Position numbers and translations under genes: made by a program. Below, in pieces: positions 38,671-49,475 of a stretch of 64,000 bases of DNA. Below the pieces are notes generated by a model that was given only the letters and a program-made list of their open reading frames with translations, made no database searches and was not told where the DNA came from. Numbering within the stretch: the stretch's first letter is position 1; every line of letters begins with the position of its first letter. This DNA is from Patescibacteria group bacterium (lineage in GTDB: Bacteria > Patescibacteriota > Patescibacteriia > Patescibacteriales > BM507). Location: contig JAQIDC010000028.1 in the NCBI GenBank assembly GCA_027858235.1, forward strand, positions 11,184-75,183, given 5' to 3'.

Positions 38671-41600
38671 ATGGAAATTAATCAAAGAATTGAAGCTGAA
38701 TTAGAAAAAGCTCTTGAAAAAGAAAAAAAATCTTTTTTTGGTTTTTTTATTACAAATTACAGATTTACTTACCTGGTTTTATTGATTATTTTTGTTTTCG
38801 GTTTTTTTGCTGTATCAACTCTCCCAAGGGAGGCAAACCCAGAAATAAAAGTACCCTACGCCCTTGTCTCAATAGTATTTCCTGGAGCAAATCCATCTGA
38901 TGTTGAGGACTCCGTTACCAACAAAGTTGAAAAAGAAATTAAGAATCTTGATAACCTAAAAAGATACACCTCTGGATCAGCCCTCGGTTTTTCTAGTATC
39001 TTTGTAGAATTTGAAGCTGAGGCTGATATAGAAACAAGTATTGCCGACCTAAAAGATGCCGTTGACCTAGCTAAGCCTGAGCTCCCAAGTGATGCAAGTG
39101 ATCCAGTTGTTTCCGAAATAAATTTTTCTGATTTCCCTATTGTTACATATTCTCTAGTTGGTGATTTTTCTGACGTTGAGCTACATAAAATAGCTGGATT
39201 TTTGGAAGACGAATTTGAAACTATCAAAAATGTTTCTCGTGTCGATATTCTAGGAGATATTGAAAGAGAATTCCAAATAATTGTAAAAAAAGACGACCTA
39301 AGTAAATACAATCTTTCTATTGGAAGGATAGCAAACACAATTTCCCTAAACAATTTTAACCTTCCAAGTGGAGATATTGAAATTGATAATTTTAATTATA
39401 ATATTAGAGTAAAGGGACGTTTTGAAAACATTGATGATTTAAGTAACATTGTCGTTGCCAGTATTTCTGAAACTCCCATTTATTTGCGTGACGTTGCTAC
39501 TGTAATAGACACTTTTAAAGAAAAAACAACCGAATCAAGAATTGGGTTTTCTGGAACAAGCCCAAAAAACACCATATCTCTACAAATTTATAAAAAAACG
39601 GGAGGTAATATTCTAGACATTGTTGATGAGTCACAATACAAAATATCAATGTTGCAAGAAGACAATCGTCTTCCAGAAAATCTTCTTATTCAAAAGACAA
39701 ATGATAACGCCGTTTTTATAAAAGAAGATTTAAAGACTCTCGGGACAAGTGCTCTCCAGACAATGTTTTTAATCCTTGTTATTCTAATGATGGTTCTTAG
39801 TTTTCGGGGTTCCCTAATCACAGCGATGTCTATTCCTCTCGCTTTTTTAATAACTTTTATTATTATAAAACTTCAAGGTGGAACTATAAATAGCCTTGCT
39901 CTCTTTGCCCTGGTTATTTCTCTGGGACTAATGGTTGATAACTCAATTATTATTATTGAAGGAATTGCTGAATATAGTTCCAAGCACAAGAAAAATGCCT
40001 GTCACTCATCTCTTCTTTCTGTTTGGAATTATAAAAAACCAATCATTTCAGGAACTCTCACAACTGTTTCAGCTTTTCTCCCAATGCTTTTGGTTTCTGG
40101 AATTATGGGTGAATTTATCCAAGTTCTCCCAAAAACAATCACGGCCGCCCTTCTTTCCTCTCTTTTTGTGTCACTCGTTCTAATACCGACACTAAGTTCT
40201 AGATTTCTAAAAATTGAAAGATCTAAAGACGGAGACAGTCTAAGAAACAAAAAAAGACATCTCTGGGTTGAGGCAAGAATGAATAGAATAAAAAACCTTT
40301 ATTCCAACTATCTTAATTCAGTCCTTCCAAGTAAGAAAAAAAGAAGAAGACTACTGGCTAGCGTCTGGATTCTCTTTGTGATTAGTCTCTTGGTTCCTAT
40401 TTTTGGAATGCTTAGAGTTGAAATGTTCCCACCGATTGATAATGACTATTTCGTTGTTAACATCAAGCTCCCTGCTGGCTCTGCCCTCGATATCACAAAG
40501 AACGTTGCTAGTAATATAGAAAAAATAATAAATGAAATTCCTGAGCTTGATAATTATGTTACAAACCTTGGAACAAGCGCTTCTATCGGGATGACTGAAG
40601 GAGCAAGCTCTGGTGCTAGCTCAAACAACTCCCATCTAGCTTCAATCACAGTTAACTTAACTGACAAAGATAAAAGGAAAAAGAAAAGTTTTGACATATC
40701 TTCCGGAGTTCGAGAAGAAATAAAAGATATTAGAGAGGCTGAAGTGACTGTTGAGGAAATAGGAGCAGGACCTCCTACGGGTGCACCGATTGAAGTCCGT
40801 ATTTCCGGTAATAAATTCAAGGAACTAATCGCGCTTGGTGATGAAGTCAAGTCAGTTTTAAGCGGAATAGGCGGGACAATAAATGTTGTAGATAATGTTT
40901 CTGATTCAAGTGGAGATTTTGTATTTTCCATAGATAGACAAAAGGCAAGTTTTTACGGTCTAACAACAGTTGATGTTGCCAATGCGATGAGAAATGCAAT
41001 TTTTGGAAAAGAAGCTTCTTTAATCACTATCGATTCAGAGGATGTTTATATCACTATAAAATATGCTGAAAATGATTTTAAAGATATTGAAGATTTGAAA
41101 AACATTTTAATATTTAACCAAAAAGGAGAATCAATAAGATTGAGCCAGGTTGCTGATGTTAGTCTTGAACCTTCTGTCTTAAGTATCAACCATTTGGATG
41201 GTGATCAAGTTGTAACCATAAATGCCTCTTTAGTTGAAGGGGGTGATTTACAAAAAATACTAACTGAATTTGATGAGAAGCAAAAAAATATAGAATTGCC
41301 TGAAGGATTCAGCATTAAAGTCGGAGGAGAAGTTGAAGACATTGAACAATCTTTTAGAGAAATATTTTATTCAATGATTTTGGCTGTCATTCTCATTGCC
41401 TTTATTTTAGTATTACAATTTAATTCCTTTAGACAACCATTAATTATTCTCCTTTCTTTACCGTTGGCAATAATTGGAGTAATTTTTGGTCTTCTTATTC
41501 TTGGTCTTCCCTTCTCATTCACAGCCTTTTTGGGAATTGTTGCCCTATCAGGGATTGTTGTTAATGATGCTATTGTTTTGATTGATAAAATTAATAAAAA

Positions 41601-41832
41601 TATAAACCATGGGATGGAAATGATTCCTGCCATAATTGAAGGCGGGCAAGCAAGAATGCAACCAATACTTCTAACTACTCTAACTACAGTAGCTGGTGTT
41701 TTTCCTCTTATTTTTGCTTCTGAGCTTTGGATTGGTCTCAGCGTTGCTGTTATTTTTGGCCTCAGTTTTGGCTCACTTCTCACGCTAGTTGTTATACCAA
41801 TTCTCTACCAAGGACTTACTGATAAGAAATAA
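38671..41832 (+). CDS. RND efflux permease (AcrB/MdtB-like)
   Basis: 1053 aa; GLMVDNSII, GIVVNDAIVL, RMQPILLTT. Confidence 0.95.
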   Translation: MEINQRIEAELEKALEKEKKSFFGFFITNYRFTYLVLLIIFVFGFFAVSTLPREANPEIKVPYALVSIVFPGANPSDVEDSVTNKVEKEIKNLDNLKRYTSGSALGFSSIFVEFEAEADIETSIADLKDAVDLAKPELPSDASDPVVSEINFSDFPIVTYSLVGDFSDVELHKIAGFLEDEFETIKNVSRVDILGDIEREFQIIVKKDDLSKYNLSIGRIANTISLNNFNLPSGDIEIDNFNYNIRVKGRFENIDDLSNIVVASISETPIYLRDVATVIDTFKEKTTESRIGFSGTSPKNTISLQIYKKTGGNILDIVDESQYKISMLQEDNRLPENLLIQKTNDNAVFIKEDLKTLGTSALQTMFLILVILMMVLSFRGSLITAMSIPLAFLITFIIIKLQGGTINSLALFALVISLGLMVDNSIIIIEGIAEYSSKHKKNACHSSLLSVWNYKKPIISGTLTTVSAFLPMLLVSGIMGEFIQVLPKTITAALLSSLFVSLVLIPTLSSRFLKIERSKDGDSLRNKKRHLWVEARMNRIKNLYSNYLNSVLPSKKKRRRLLASVWILFVISLLVPIFGMLRVEMFPPIDNDYFVVNIKLPAGSALDITKNVASNIEKIINEIPELDNYVTNLGTSASIGMTEGASSGASSNNSHLASITVNLTDKDKRKKKSFDISSGVREEIKDIREAEVTVEEIGAGPPTGAPIEVRISGNKFKELIALGDEVKSVLSGIGGTINVVDNVSDSSGDFVFSIDRQKASFYGLTTVDVANAMRNAIFGKEASLITIDSEDVYITIKYAENDFKDIEDLKNILIFNQKGESIRLSQVADVSLEPSVLSINHLDGDQVVTINASLVEGGDLQKILTEFDEKQKNIELPEGFSIKVGGEVEDIEQSFREIFYSMILAVILIAFILVLQFNSFRQPLIILLSLPLAIIGVIFGLLILGLPFSFTAFLGIVALSGIVVNDAIVLIDKINKNINHGMEMIPAIIEGGQARMQPILLTTLTTVAGVFPLIFASELWIGLSVAVIFGLSFGSLLTLVVIPILYQGLTDKK

Positions 41833-41882
41833 ATAGGGTACTCTATAGGGTACTCTATAGGGTACTCTATAGGGTACCCTAT
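41833..41882. repeat. 12-bp tandem repeat x4
   Basis: (ATAGGGTACTCT)3 ATAGGGTACCCTAT. Confidence 0.9.
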
Positions 41883-41959
41883 TTTAAAAAGATTTCTTTC
41901 AGTGAAGTCTCTTTTTGTTTATTTCATACCTAGATGCTATAATACAGTGAAATAATAAT

Positions 41960-43069
41960 ATGGTTTTTAAATTTATTTCATTCTTTGGAATTGCAATTAT
42001 TATCTTAATAGTTAGCAATATTCCCATATATCTTGCTTTGGTTAAATTTTTTTCTATTGAGAAGAAGGCCAGCAAACATCTTTTATTCTATTCCTTGCCT
42101 CTTTTAGCGGTTTCTTTTATTTTGGCTAGTTTGTTAATCCACAAATATGACAATCTTTTTACCAAAACATTTTACTATATTAGCTCCCTCTGGATGGGAA
42201 TGATGGTTAGTCTTTTGATATTTTCCATTTTGGGTTTTATAATATATTTCTCAGCCAGCATACTAAAAATTAATGTCAATCTAAGCTACTTGGCTTATTT
42301 AATAATATTTTTATCTTTTATATGGTTTGGTTTTTCTTATCTAAATGCCAGACATCCCGTGGTAAAAAATATTGAAGTTAAAATAAAAAATCTTCCTAGT
42401 ACCTGGGAAGGGAAAACCATTGTACAATTATCCGATATTCATATTGGTATTATCCATGGAAAAAAATACATGGACTACATAGCCACCCTAGTAGATGAAA
42501 TAAATCCTGACCTTGTTCTTATTACGGGTGATTTGTTTGATGGCGCTGGCGATGATATAGAGCATAGTATTCTACCCATAAATAAAGTGGTGCCAGAATA
42601 TGGAATTTATTATATTACTGGAAACCATGAAACATATTTAGGGGTTGATAAATCACTCAATGCACTAAAAAATACTAAAATAATTCATCTTCCCTATAAG
42701 ACAGTCAATCTTGATGGTCTTCAGTTAACAGGAGTCGATTATCCAGCGCCAGGGAAAGCAATTAGCCTTGATGATATTTTTGATAAAATTGATAAAAATG
42801 TCCCCAGCATTGTCATGACACATGAACCGATTAAAATTGATTACTTCAAAAATACAGGAACCAACCTTCAGCTAGCAGGGCATACTCACCATGGCCAAAT
42901 GTTTCCTTTTAATTTCTTTACTAAAATTATCTATAGGGGATATGACTATGGTCTTTTTACTGACGGAGCTTATAATCTCTATACCACAAGTGGCGCTGGA
43001 ACATGGGGTCCTCCCTTAAGGAGTTTCGGTCCCTCAGAAATTGTTGCAATTAAAGTTACAAAGGAATAA
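41960..43069 (+). CDS. Membrane-anchored metallophosphoesterase (YkuE-like)
   Basis: SDIH, TGDLFD, GNHE, HEP, GHTH.GQ, G.GTWGPP. Confidence 0.92.
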   Translation: MVFKFISFFGIAIIILIVSNIPIYLALVKFFSIEKKASKHLLFYSLPLLAVSFILASLLIHKYDNLFTKTFYYISSLWMGMMVSLLIFSILGFIIYFSASILKINVNLSYLAYLIIFLSFIWFGFSYLNARHPVVKNIEVKIKNLPSTWEGKTIVQLSDIHIGIIHGKKYMDYIATLVDEINPDLVLITGDLFDGAGDDIEHSILPINKVVPEYGIYYITGNHETYLGVDKSLNALKNTKIIHLPYKTVNLDGLQLTGVDYPAPGKAISLDDIFDKIDKNVPSIVMTHEPIKIDYFKNTGTNLQLAGHTHHGQMFPFNFFTKIIYRGYDYGLFTDGAYNLYTTSGAGTWGPPLRSFGPSEIVAIKVTKE

Positions 43070-43080
43070 TACTATCATAC

Positions 43081-43132
43081 AAAAAAACATAGAACCTCTT
43101 CTGTGCCAGCAGAAATAATTCTATGTTTTTTC
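43081..43132. terminator. Bidirectional terminator
   Basis: AAAAAAACATAGAA...TTCTATGTTTTTT between convergent genes. Confidence 0.65.
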
Positions 43133-43135
43133 TTG

Positions 43136-44320
43136 CTATTTTTTTTCTAATATACAAAGACTTTCGAGAAAATTTTTAACTAATTTTAAATCTTTAACAA
43201 TTTCTAATTCTTTTTCATTCAAATCATCAATATTTTTATCTAAACTTTTTACTGTTTCTTGGAACTTTTTATCCTTTTTCAATTTTTCAAACTCATCACC
43301 TACCCATAAACACCCAACAGTTTTATCAATTATTCCCCTATCAACATCGTCAACCAAAAAAGCCATTATTTTTAATTTTGTGAAGGATTTGTGATAATAT
43401 CTGTCATTTCCCAATGAATCCTGAATGTCAGCCAAATAAATTAAATCCACTATATCACTCATCCTCGAACCAACCCTCATGGAAGAATATGCCCTTGAAA
43501 CATTGTCAGAAAATGTGTGTCCTCCATGTCCATGATTTCCAGCAATCAGCGCCTCTTTCTTATAGCCCAGCAAAAAAAGAATATTATAAGACTCCTTCTC
43601 ATGTGAATGCATAAGATCTTTCAGGGAGACATCGTGGTCAATATTGTAATCTTTTTTTAATCTTTTTAATTCCCCTTTACTTGCACCATATTTTATAGGG
43701 AAAACTTGTGCTGGCCTTATTTTTTTTTCTCCCAAAATTTCCAATATTCTATTTGAACTATCTGCATAAGCAATTTTATCTGCGAAATGAAAGATATTGT
43801 ATTTTTTTAAATATTTTTTTGTAGTAAAGCAAAGTTTGTTTTTTTGTTTTTTCATTGCTTTATAAAAACGTTCTGCCCAGTCCTTGTCAGTTAAGTCGTT
43901 CCTTAAAATAAATTTGGGGATTGTCGTCTTGCCGACATCATGAAATAAACAAGCTCTATAAAAAATTTCAATATTACCGACTTCATCTTCTATTCCTTTT
44001 TTAATAATAGATCCATTCTCTAATGCATTTTCTATCTTATCCCTAGCTATCATAAATGCCCCCACGGAATGTTCATATGTCTGTTCATCAAAGAGACGAA
44101 TCATGGTCAATATTTCCCAGTCTTTTTCATTCATCTTAATCGAAGAACTAAAGAAATCCCTGCATTTTTTACTAGTTATTATTTTCTCTTCTTGAAATTT
44201 TCCATTGTAGGGAAATTTTTTAAATATCTCATCAATTTCTTTGTATTTTTTTAAAACTAAAATCTCTGACTCATTAAAACCAGCCGTTCTTGAATTTATT
44301 TTACTCAAAGATATTTCCAT
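43136..44320 (-). CDS. HD-domain (HD-GYP-like) phosphohydrolase
   Basis: TYEHS, LFHDVGK..IP..IL, H...S, LADI.DSL...RYY. Confidence 0.7.
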   Translation of the reverse strand: MEISLSKINSRTAGFNESEILVLKKYKEIDEIFKKFPYNGKFQEEKIITSKKCRDFFSSSIKMNEKDWEILTMIRLFDEQTYEHSVGAFMIARDKIENALENGSIIKKGIEDEVGNIEIFYRACLFHDVGKTTIPKFILRNDLTDKDWAERFYKAMKKQKNKLCFTTKKYLKKYNIFHFADKIAYADSSNRILEILGEKKIRPAQVFPIKYGASKGELKRLKKDYNIDHDVSLKDLMHSHEKESYNILFLLGYKKEALIAGNHGHGGHTFSDNVSRAYSSMRVGSRMSDIVDLIYLADIQDSLGNDRYYHKSFTKLKIMAFLVDDVDRGIIDKTVGCLWVGDEFEKLKKDKKFQETVKSLDKNIDDLNEKELEIVKDLKLVKNFLESLCILEKK

Positions 44321-44401
44321 ATATCCATTCTATAACTTTTCTTTTAAAAAATCAAAAAAAAGTTCTCACAATAAGAACTTTTAATGAAAAACTTAGTTAT
44401 T

Positions 44402-44962
44402 TTACCTAATATTTACAAACTCAGCCACCTTTCTATCTGGGATTTCTTGATTTAACCAGACGCTTATCATGGAGCTAGATTTAAGATCGCCTAGACTTGC
44501 TTCCATTTTTTCTCTATCTTCTCCTTCTTCTGAAAATTTAGTCATTGCTATTCCAACAGGGACTGTAATGGTTTCTTGGTCAGTGCTTCGTTCTAGTAGT
44601 TTTTCCAATCTATCTGAGTCACTAACCGTAGAATCTCTACCAGGTCCTCCTCCTTCACCACCACCGCCACCTGGAATGTTTGTTGTTGATGTTAAACCAA
44701 CTGCTACTACATCTTTCTCGGTTGTTGTTTCTGTGGTATTTTCTCCTGCTTGTTTTTCAACGATAGCAATTGTAACTAAATTACCAGTTATTGATTTAAT
44801 AACACCGTCAATTTCTGCTGTTCTTTCTGGTTGTCCAAAATTTTCCAAAATAGTTCCATCGCTATCAATAACACTTCCTGCTTCTGTTGAAGTAGAAGAA
44901 GAGCAAGCCGAAAACACAAACAACAGTAGAAATAATGAAAATAATATTTTTTTATTTGGCAT
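44402..44962 (-). CDS. Putative lipoprotein, paralog of 48836-49417
   Basis: Lipobox FSAC; FGQPER, GN.VTI, VPVGI.M, AEFV. Confidence 0.75.
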   Translation of the reverse strand: MPNKKILFSLFLLLFVFSACSSSTSTEAGSVIDSDGTILENFGQPERTAEIDGVIKSITGNLVTIAIVEKQAGENTTETTTEKDVVAVGLTSTTNIPGGGGGEGGGPGRDSTVSDSDRLEKLLERSTDQETITVPVGIAMTKFSEEGEDREKMEASLGDLKSSSMISVWLNQEIPDRKVAEFVNIR

Positions 44963-45044
44963 ATATTTTAGTTACAAGTTAAAAGAAATTTTAAACAATA
45001 CTATTTTACCTTTTAACTTTATACTTTTATCTTTTAACTGACCC

Positions 45045-46238
45045 TTATTCACTTCTAAGCGCGTCCACAGGATCAAGTCGGCTCGCCTTTAAAGCAGGAT
45101 AAAAACCAAAAGTTATTCCGACAAGTGCTGAAAATGAAAAACCAAGAATTGGTCCTGTAACAGAGGCAGACATTGCTAGGATGTTTAGATTTGAAATAAT
45201 TGGCACAGCGGTTTGTCCTATAATAACACCGATTAGTCCTCCAAAAGTAGAGAGAATAACTGACTCCATTAAGAATTGTCCTAAAATATCTATTTGTTTC
45301 CCTCCAATTGCTTTTGCTATTCCAATCTCTTTTGTACGCTCAGCAACAGTTACAAACATAACATTCATAATACCAATACCAGAAACAAGCAAGGTAATAG
45401 CTGCCACAAGAGTTAGAATTGTCGACATTAAACTTGCTGAATCTTGAGCTGCTCCGACCATAGAACCGGCATCCATTATACGAAAATCATCATCCTGAGA
45501 AGATCGCAGTCCATGCTCTTCCCTTAATATTTCTGTTGCCTCTTCAGTGGCCAGGGTAACATTTTCCACTGAATCAGCTTCTAATGTTAACATGATCTGT
45601 CCTCCGCTTCCCAAAATACTTGAGAGAGCTATTTTATAAGGAATGTAAATTGCTTCGTCTTTGCTTAATCTCCCAAGAGTGCTCCCTGTTTCTTTCAAGA
45701 CACCGATAACTTCCATCTTTTTTTGATTTACAGTCATCTCAGCACCAATAGCATTTTCTCCTTCTTCAAAAAAATTATCATACAAATCACTACCCAAAAT
45801 AATATACTTTTCTTTTTCTTCTTCTTCAGTAAAAAAACGTCCGCTACTTAATTCTAAATTCGATATTCCAAAGAAGTCAGCATCAACCCCGATAATAGAG
45901 TATGAGCTATCAATAGAATTGTAACTAATTGATCCATTGGACTGAATCATCCCTGTTGCCTCTCCGATATAGACAGAGCCTTCTTTTAAGGCATCTACAT
46001 CATCGATACTTAATTTTGTGCTAGCAGTAGCACCTCTTCCACCCACACCCATTACCATAACAGATTTTGCGCTAAGACCTGCAAACTGATCATCAACCGC
46101 TTGCTTTGCGCCTTCACCAATTGCGAAAACTGCAATAACGGTTGAGACTCCAATAATTATTCCTAGCATTGAAAGGAAACTTCTGGTTTTATTGGCGAGC
46201 AATGATTCGAATGCCATTTTTAATATTTCAAATTTCAT
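45045..46238 (-). CDS. ABC permease (MacB/YknZ-like)
   Basis: RSFLSMLGIIIG, GIGIMNVM, ERTKEIG, LDPVDALR. Confidence 0.93.
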   Translation of the reverse strand: MKFEILKMAFESLLANKTRSFLSMLGIIIGVSTVIAVFAIGEGAKQAVDDQFAGLSAKSVMVMGVGGRGATASTKLSIDDVDALKEGSVYIGEATGMIQSNGSISYNSIDSSYSIIGVDADFFGISNLELSSGRFFTEEEEKEKYIILGSDLYDNFFEEGENAIGAEMTVNQKKMEVIGVLKETGSTLGRLSKDEAIYIPYKIALSSILGSGGQIMLTLEADSVENVTLATEEATEILREEHGLRSSQDDDFRIMDAGSMVGAAQDSASLMSTILTLVAAITLLVSGIGIMNVMFVTVAERTKEIGIAKAIGGKQIDILGQFLMESVILSTFGGLIGVIIGQTAVPIISNLNILAMSASVTGPILGFSFSALVGITFGFYPALKASRLDPVDALRSE

Positions 46239-46242
46239 ATGC

Positions 46243-46953
46243 TTAGTAAGTAGATTTTAATTTATAATTATTATCGACAACCTTCCCATCTCGAAGATAG
46301 ATTATCCTATCAGCATATTTAGCAACCTCTGCGGTATGGGTAACCATAACAACAGTTTTTCCTCTTTCTTTGAACTTCTTAAAAATATCCATAATTTCAA
46401 TACCAGAGCTAGAATCAAGCGCTCCCGTTGGTTCATCAGCCAGTATTATCTCTGGATCATTTATCAAGGCCCTTGATATAGCAACCCTCTGCTGTTGTCC
46501 GCCTGAAAGTTCAGTTGGCTTATGTTGAATTCTTTCTCCTAAACCAACATTTTCCAAAAGCTCCTTAGCTTTTTGCATTCTTTCCGCTTTTTCCATTCCC
46601 GCGTATAGAGCAGGGAGAGCGACATTCTTTAAAGCACTTGACCTAGTGAGTAGGTTAAATTGTTGGAAAATAAATCCCATTTTTTTGTTACGAATAAAAG
46701 CTAAGGTATAATCATCTCTAACTTCTCCTATATTTTCACCATCCAAATAATATTCGCCATCAGACAGGGGGTGTAAACAACCAATAATATTCAGGAGTGT
46801 GGTTTTCCCGCCACCTGACTCACCCATCAAGGCTACAAACTCTCCAGCTTTTATTTCAAGATCTATCCCTTTTAAGACAGGAATTTCTTCTTCATTACTA
46901 AGAAAATATGATTTATGAACATTTTTTAATTGTATTGCTATTTTTTCTTTCAT
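46243..46953 (-). CDS. ABC ATP-binding protein (MacB/YknY-like)
   Basis: GESGGGKTT, LSGGQQQR, ADEPTG. Confidence 0.94.
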   Translation of the reverse strand: MKEKIAIQLKNVHKSYFLSNEEEIPVLKGIDLEIKAGEFVALMGESGGGKTTLLNIIGCLHPLSDGEYYLDGENIGEVRDDYTLAFIRNKKMGFIFQQFNLLTRSSALKNVALPALYAGMEKAERMQKAKELLENVGLGERIQHKPTELSGGQQQRVAISRALINDPEIILADEPTGALDSSSGIEIMDIFKKFKERGKTVVMVTHTAEVAKYADRIIYLRDGKVVDNNYKLKSTY

Positions 46954-46959
46954 ATTTCT

Positions 46960-48828
46960 TTAATATATTATCTTATCTCCGCTATTTAGACCGCTAATGA
47001 CTTCAACCTTATCTCCATCGGTAAATCCAGTTACAACAGCTTGCCACTCTTCACTTTCCATCTGAACAGAAGGTTTTCCTCCTACATTTCTAACTGAACT
47101 GACTGGGACCAATAAGACATCTTTGGTTTCAGATGTCACAAATTCTATAGTCGCTGTCATTCCTTCCCTAATTTGATTTTCACCCTTAGAGAATAAAACT
47201 CTAACCAGGTATGTTACTATCCCGTTATTGCTTGTTTCTGAAGTTAGGGAAATAAAACTAATTTCTCCTTCGAGTCTTAAATCATTTAGCGCATCAAAAT
47301 TCGCATAAGTTTTTTGACCGACTTCGAGTGTTGAAATATCTGCTTCTTCTATATTTACCTCAATAAACAGTGTATTGTTGTTTATGATAGTAGCAACCGC
47401 CTTTTTATCTGCTGTAATAATAATATCACCAGCCCCGTAATTCATCTGAACTACTTGCCCATCAATTGGTGAAGTTAAAATAGATTTATCTAATTCATAT
47501 TGTGCTTTTTCGAGAGATATTGAAGAACTTGTTAGTCTTGACCTAGCTGATGCCAATTCAGCCTCTGTTAATGGAGCAACCAAATCATCGTAATCTCTTT
47601 TTGCCTGATCTAGGGAAATTTCCCTGCTAACTAAACTGGTCTCTGCATTTCTAATATCTCTTTCGCCATCAGCTTTAGTGTTAGTCAAATCTCTCAAAGT
47701 ATCATTATAGTCAGACGAATAGTCATTTAAATTATCCTTTATATCATCGACACTTCTAATTTTTGAATTAATACTTGTTATTTTTGTATTTATATTTGTT
47801 CTATTTGAGGTAATTAGTGATATTAATGACTCTAACTGATTTTGAGAAAAATCAACACTGGTAACAGATGCATTGAGCATTATTTTCATATCATATAAAT
47901 GCTTTTCAAATTCTTCTAATGCCAAGACTGTTTGGTCAGCTGCATTGTCTATCTCATTATAATCACTTCTAATATTAACTGGGAGCACAAGGGAATTTAA
48001 TTCTATGCTTGCTGATTTTGAAGTGAGGTAACTAGTCTTTGCTTTCCCTAGAGAGACTGTATCTTTTGCCCCTAGATTATTTTCATAATCATCGTTCAAA
48101 CTTTTTTGATCAACACCTAAGATTTCATCTGAATCTGTTAACATGCTATCCAGTGAAATGTTTATTGCTTTTATCATATCGACTAAACTCTCATAAGAAT
48201 CTCTAACATCTTCACTCTCATTAATATTTGAATTATCGTCTAATCTTTCTTTTGCATCATCTACTTTTTGCTGAGCTGTGTAAATACTGTCTTCCGTATT
48301 TTGCTTAATATTTTCCAAACTAATTCTAGATTGTTCCAAGGAAATTTCAGCATTAGTTATTTTATCTTGTGCACTTGAAATTTGTTCTTTTGTTGCACCA
48401 TCCATGGTTTCATTATAGTCGGCAAGGGAAGATTGGTATGAACTCCAAGCACTTCTCAAACTAAAATCAAGACTTTCTGTTTTTACAGAGGCAATTTTAT
48501 CTCCCTTGGAGATCATGTCGCCTTCTTTGATAAAAACCTCGTCTACTTCCAAGTTGTCCCCTGAGACAGAAAAACTAAGTTCTACACCATCTTTTGCCAC
48601 AACCTGACCATCTGATTCGATTGAGACTGTTATGTCCCCTTGTTTTACGGTCCAATCTTTCTTCACTACTTCTTGTGTTTCTGAAGATGAGCCACCCTTG
48701 GGATAAAAATAATATCCACCTCCAATAATAATCAAAACAACAAACCCATAAATAACTTTTTTATTCCTCCAAAAACCAAACACTCCGCTTTGCTTTGCTT
48801 TGCTACTTTCTTCAATAATTGATGTCAT
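46960..48828 (-). CDS. MacA/HlyD-like adaptor (YknX-like)
   Basis: N-terminal TM, long coiled coil, SPIDG, GMTA, VP.SSV, EVISGL. Confidence 0.87.
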   Translation of the reverse strand: MTSIIEESSKAKQSGVFGFWRNKKVIYGFVVLIIIGGGYYFYPKGGSSSETQEVVKKDWTVKQGDITVSIESDGQVVAKDGVELSFSVSGDNLEVDEVFIKEGDMISKGDKIASVKTESLDFSLRSAWSSYQSSLADYNETMDGATKEQISSAQDKITNAEISLEQSRISLENIKQNTEDSIYTAQQKVDDAKERLDDNSNINESEDVRDSYESLVDMIKAINISLDSMLTDSDEILGVDQKSLNDDYENNLGAKDTVSLGKAKTSYLTSKSASIELNSLVLPVNIRSDYNEIDNAADQTVLALEEFEKHLYDMKIMLNASVTSVDFSQNQLESLISLITSNRTNINTKITSINSKIRSVDDIKDNLNDYSSDYNDTLRDLTNTKADGERDIRNAETSLVSREISLDQAKRDYDDLVAPLTEAELASARSRLTSSSISLEKAQYELDKSILTSPIDGQVVQMNYGAGDIIITADKKAVATIINNNTLFIEVNIEEADISTLEVGQKTYANFDALNDLRLEGEISFISLTSETSNNGIVTYLVRVLFSKGENQIREGMTATIEFVTSETKDVLLVPVSSVRNVGGKPSVQMESEEWQAVVTGFTDGDKVEVISGLNSGDKIIY

Positions 48829-48835
48829 ATTTTTT

Positions 48836-49417
48836 TTATCTAGTTATTAATACAAACTCAGCGATGTTTCTGTCATTAACATCTTCATTTAACCATATTT
48901 GTATCATTTTATCATTTTTAATATCTGCAATGTTCGCTTCTATCATCTCTGCTTTAATCTCACTTGATTCTGGAGCAAGCATTTGAATCCCAACTGGAAC
49001 CAATATTTTTTCTTCACCACTTGATCTGCTTTTCATCATTTCTATCATTGCGTCCTCATCTCTATCTCCTCCTCCTGAACCACCTCTTATTCCTCCACCC
49101 ATTCCTGGTATTCTTCCTCCTGTTATCCCTCCAAAAGACGCTGCCCTCTCTTCTCCATTATCATCCCCTGTTCTTTGAAATTCTCCCTCTTCTCCTTCTT
49201 GTGGTCTTTCAATTTTTAGTATTGTAACCTCGTTCCCAACTACTGACTTAACTAATCCTCTTAAATCAGCTGGTCTATCTGGTTGCCCAAAATCAGGTCT
49301 ACTCATATCACCTCTGCGAACTTGATCGCCTGATGAATCTACCGTTTTATCTGTGCACCCGGAAAGTAAAATGCTTCCAGACAACAAAAATATTGAAAGA
49401 AAAATTATTTTTTTCAT
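48836..49417 (-). CDS. Putative lipoprotein
   Basis: MKKIIF...LLSGC lipobox; shares motifs with 44402-44962. Confidence 0.75.
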   Translation of the reverse strand: MKKIIFLSIFLLSGSILLSGCTDKTVDSSGDQVRRGDMSRPDFGQPDRPADLRGLVKSVVGNEVTILKIERPQEGEEGEFQRTGDDNGEERAASFGGITGGRIPGMGGGIRGGSGGGDRDEDAMIEMMKSRSSGEEKILVPVGIQMLAPESSEIKAEMIEANIADIKNDKMIQIWLNEDVNDRNIAEFVLITR

Positions 49418-49475
49418 AGTTTTATTTTTTTTAAAATCAAGAGAAGCGCCAGTTGACGCCTCTTCTGATTTCAAA

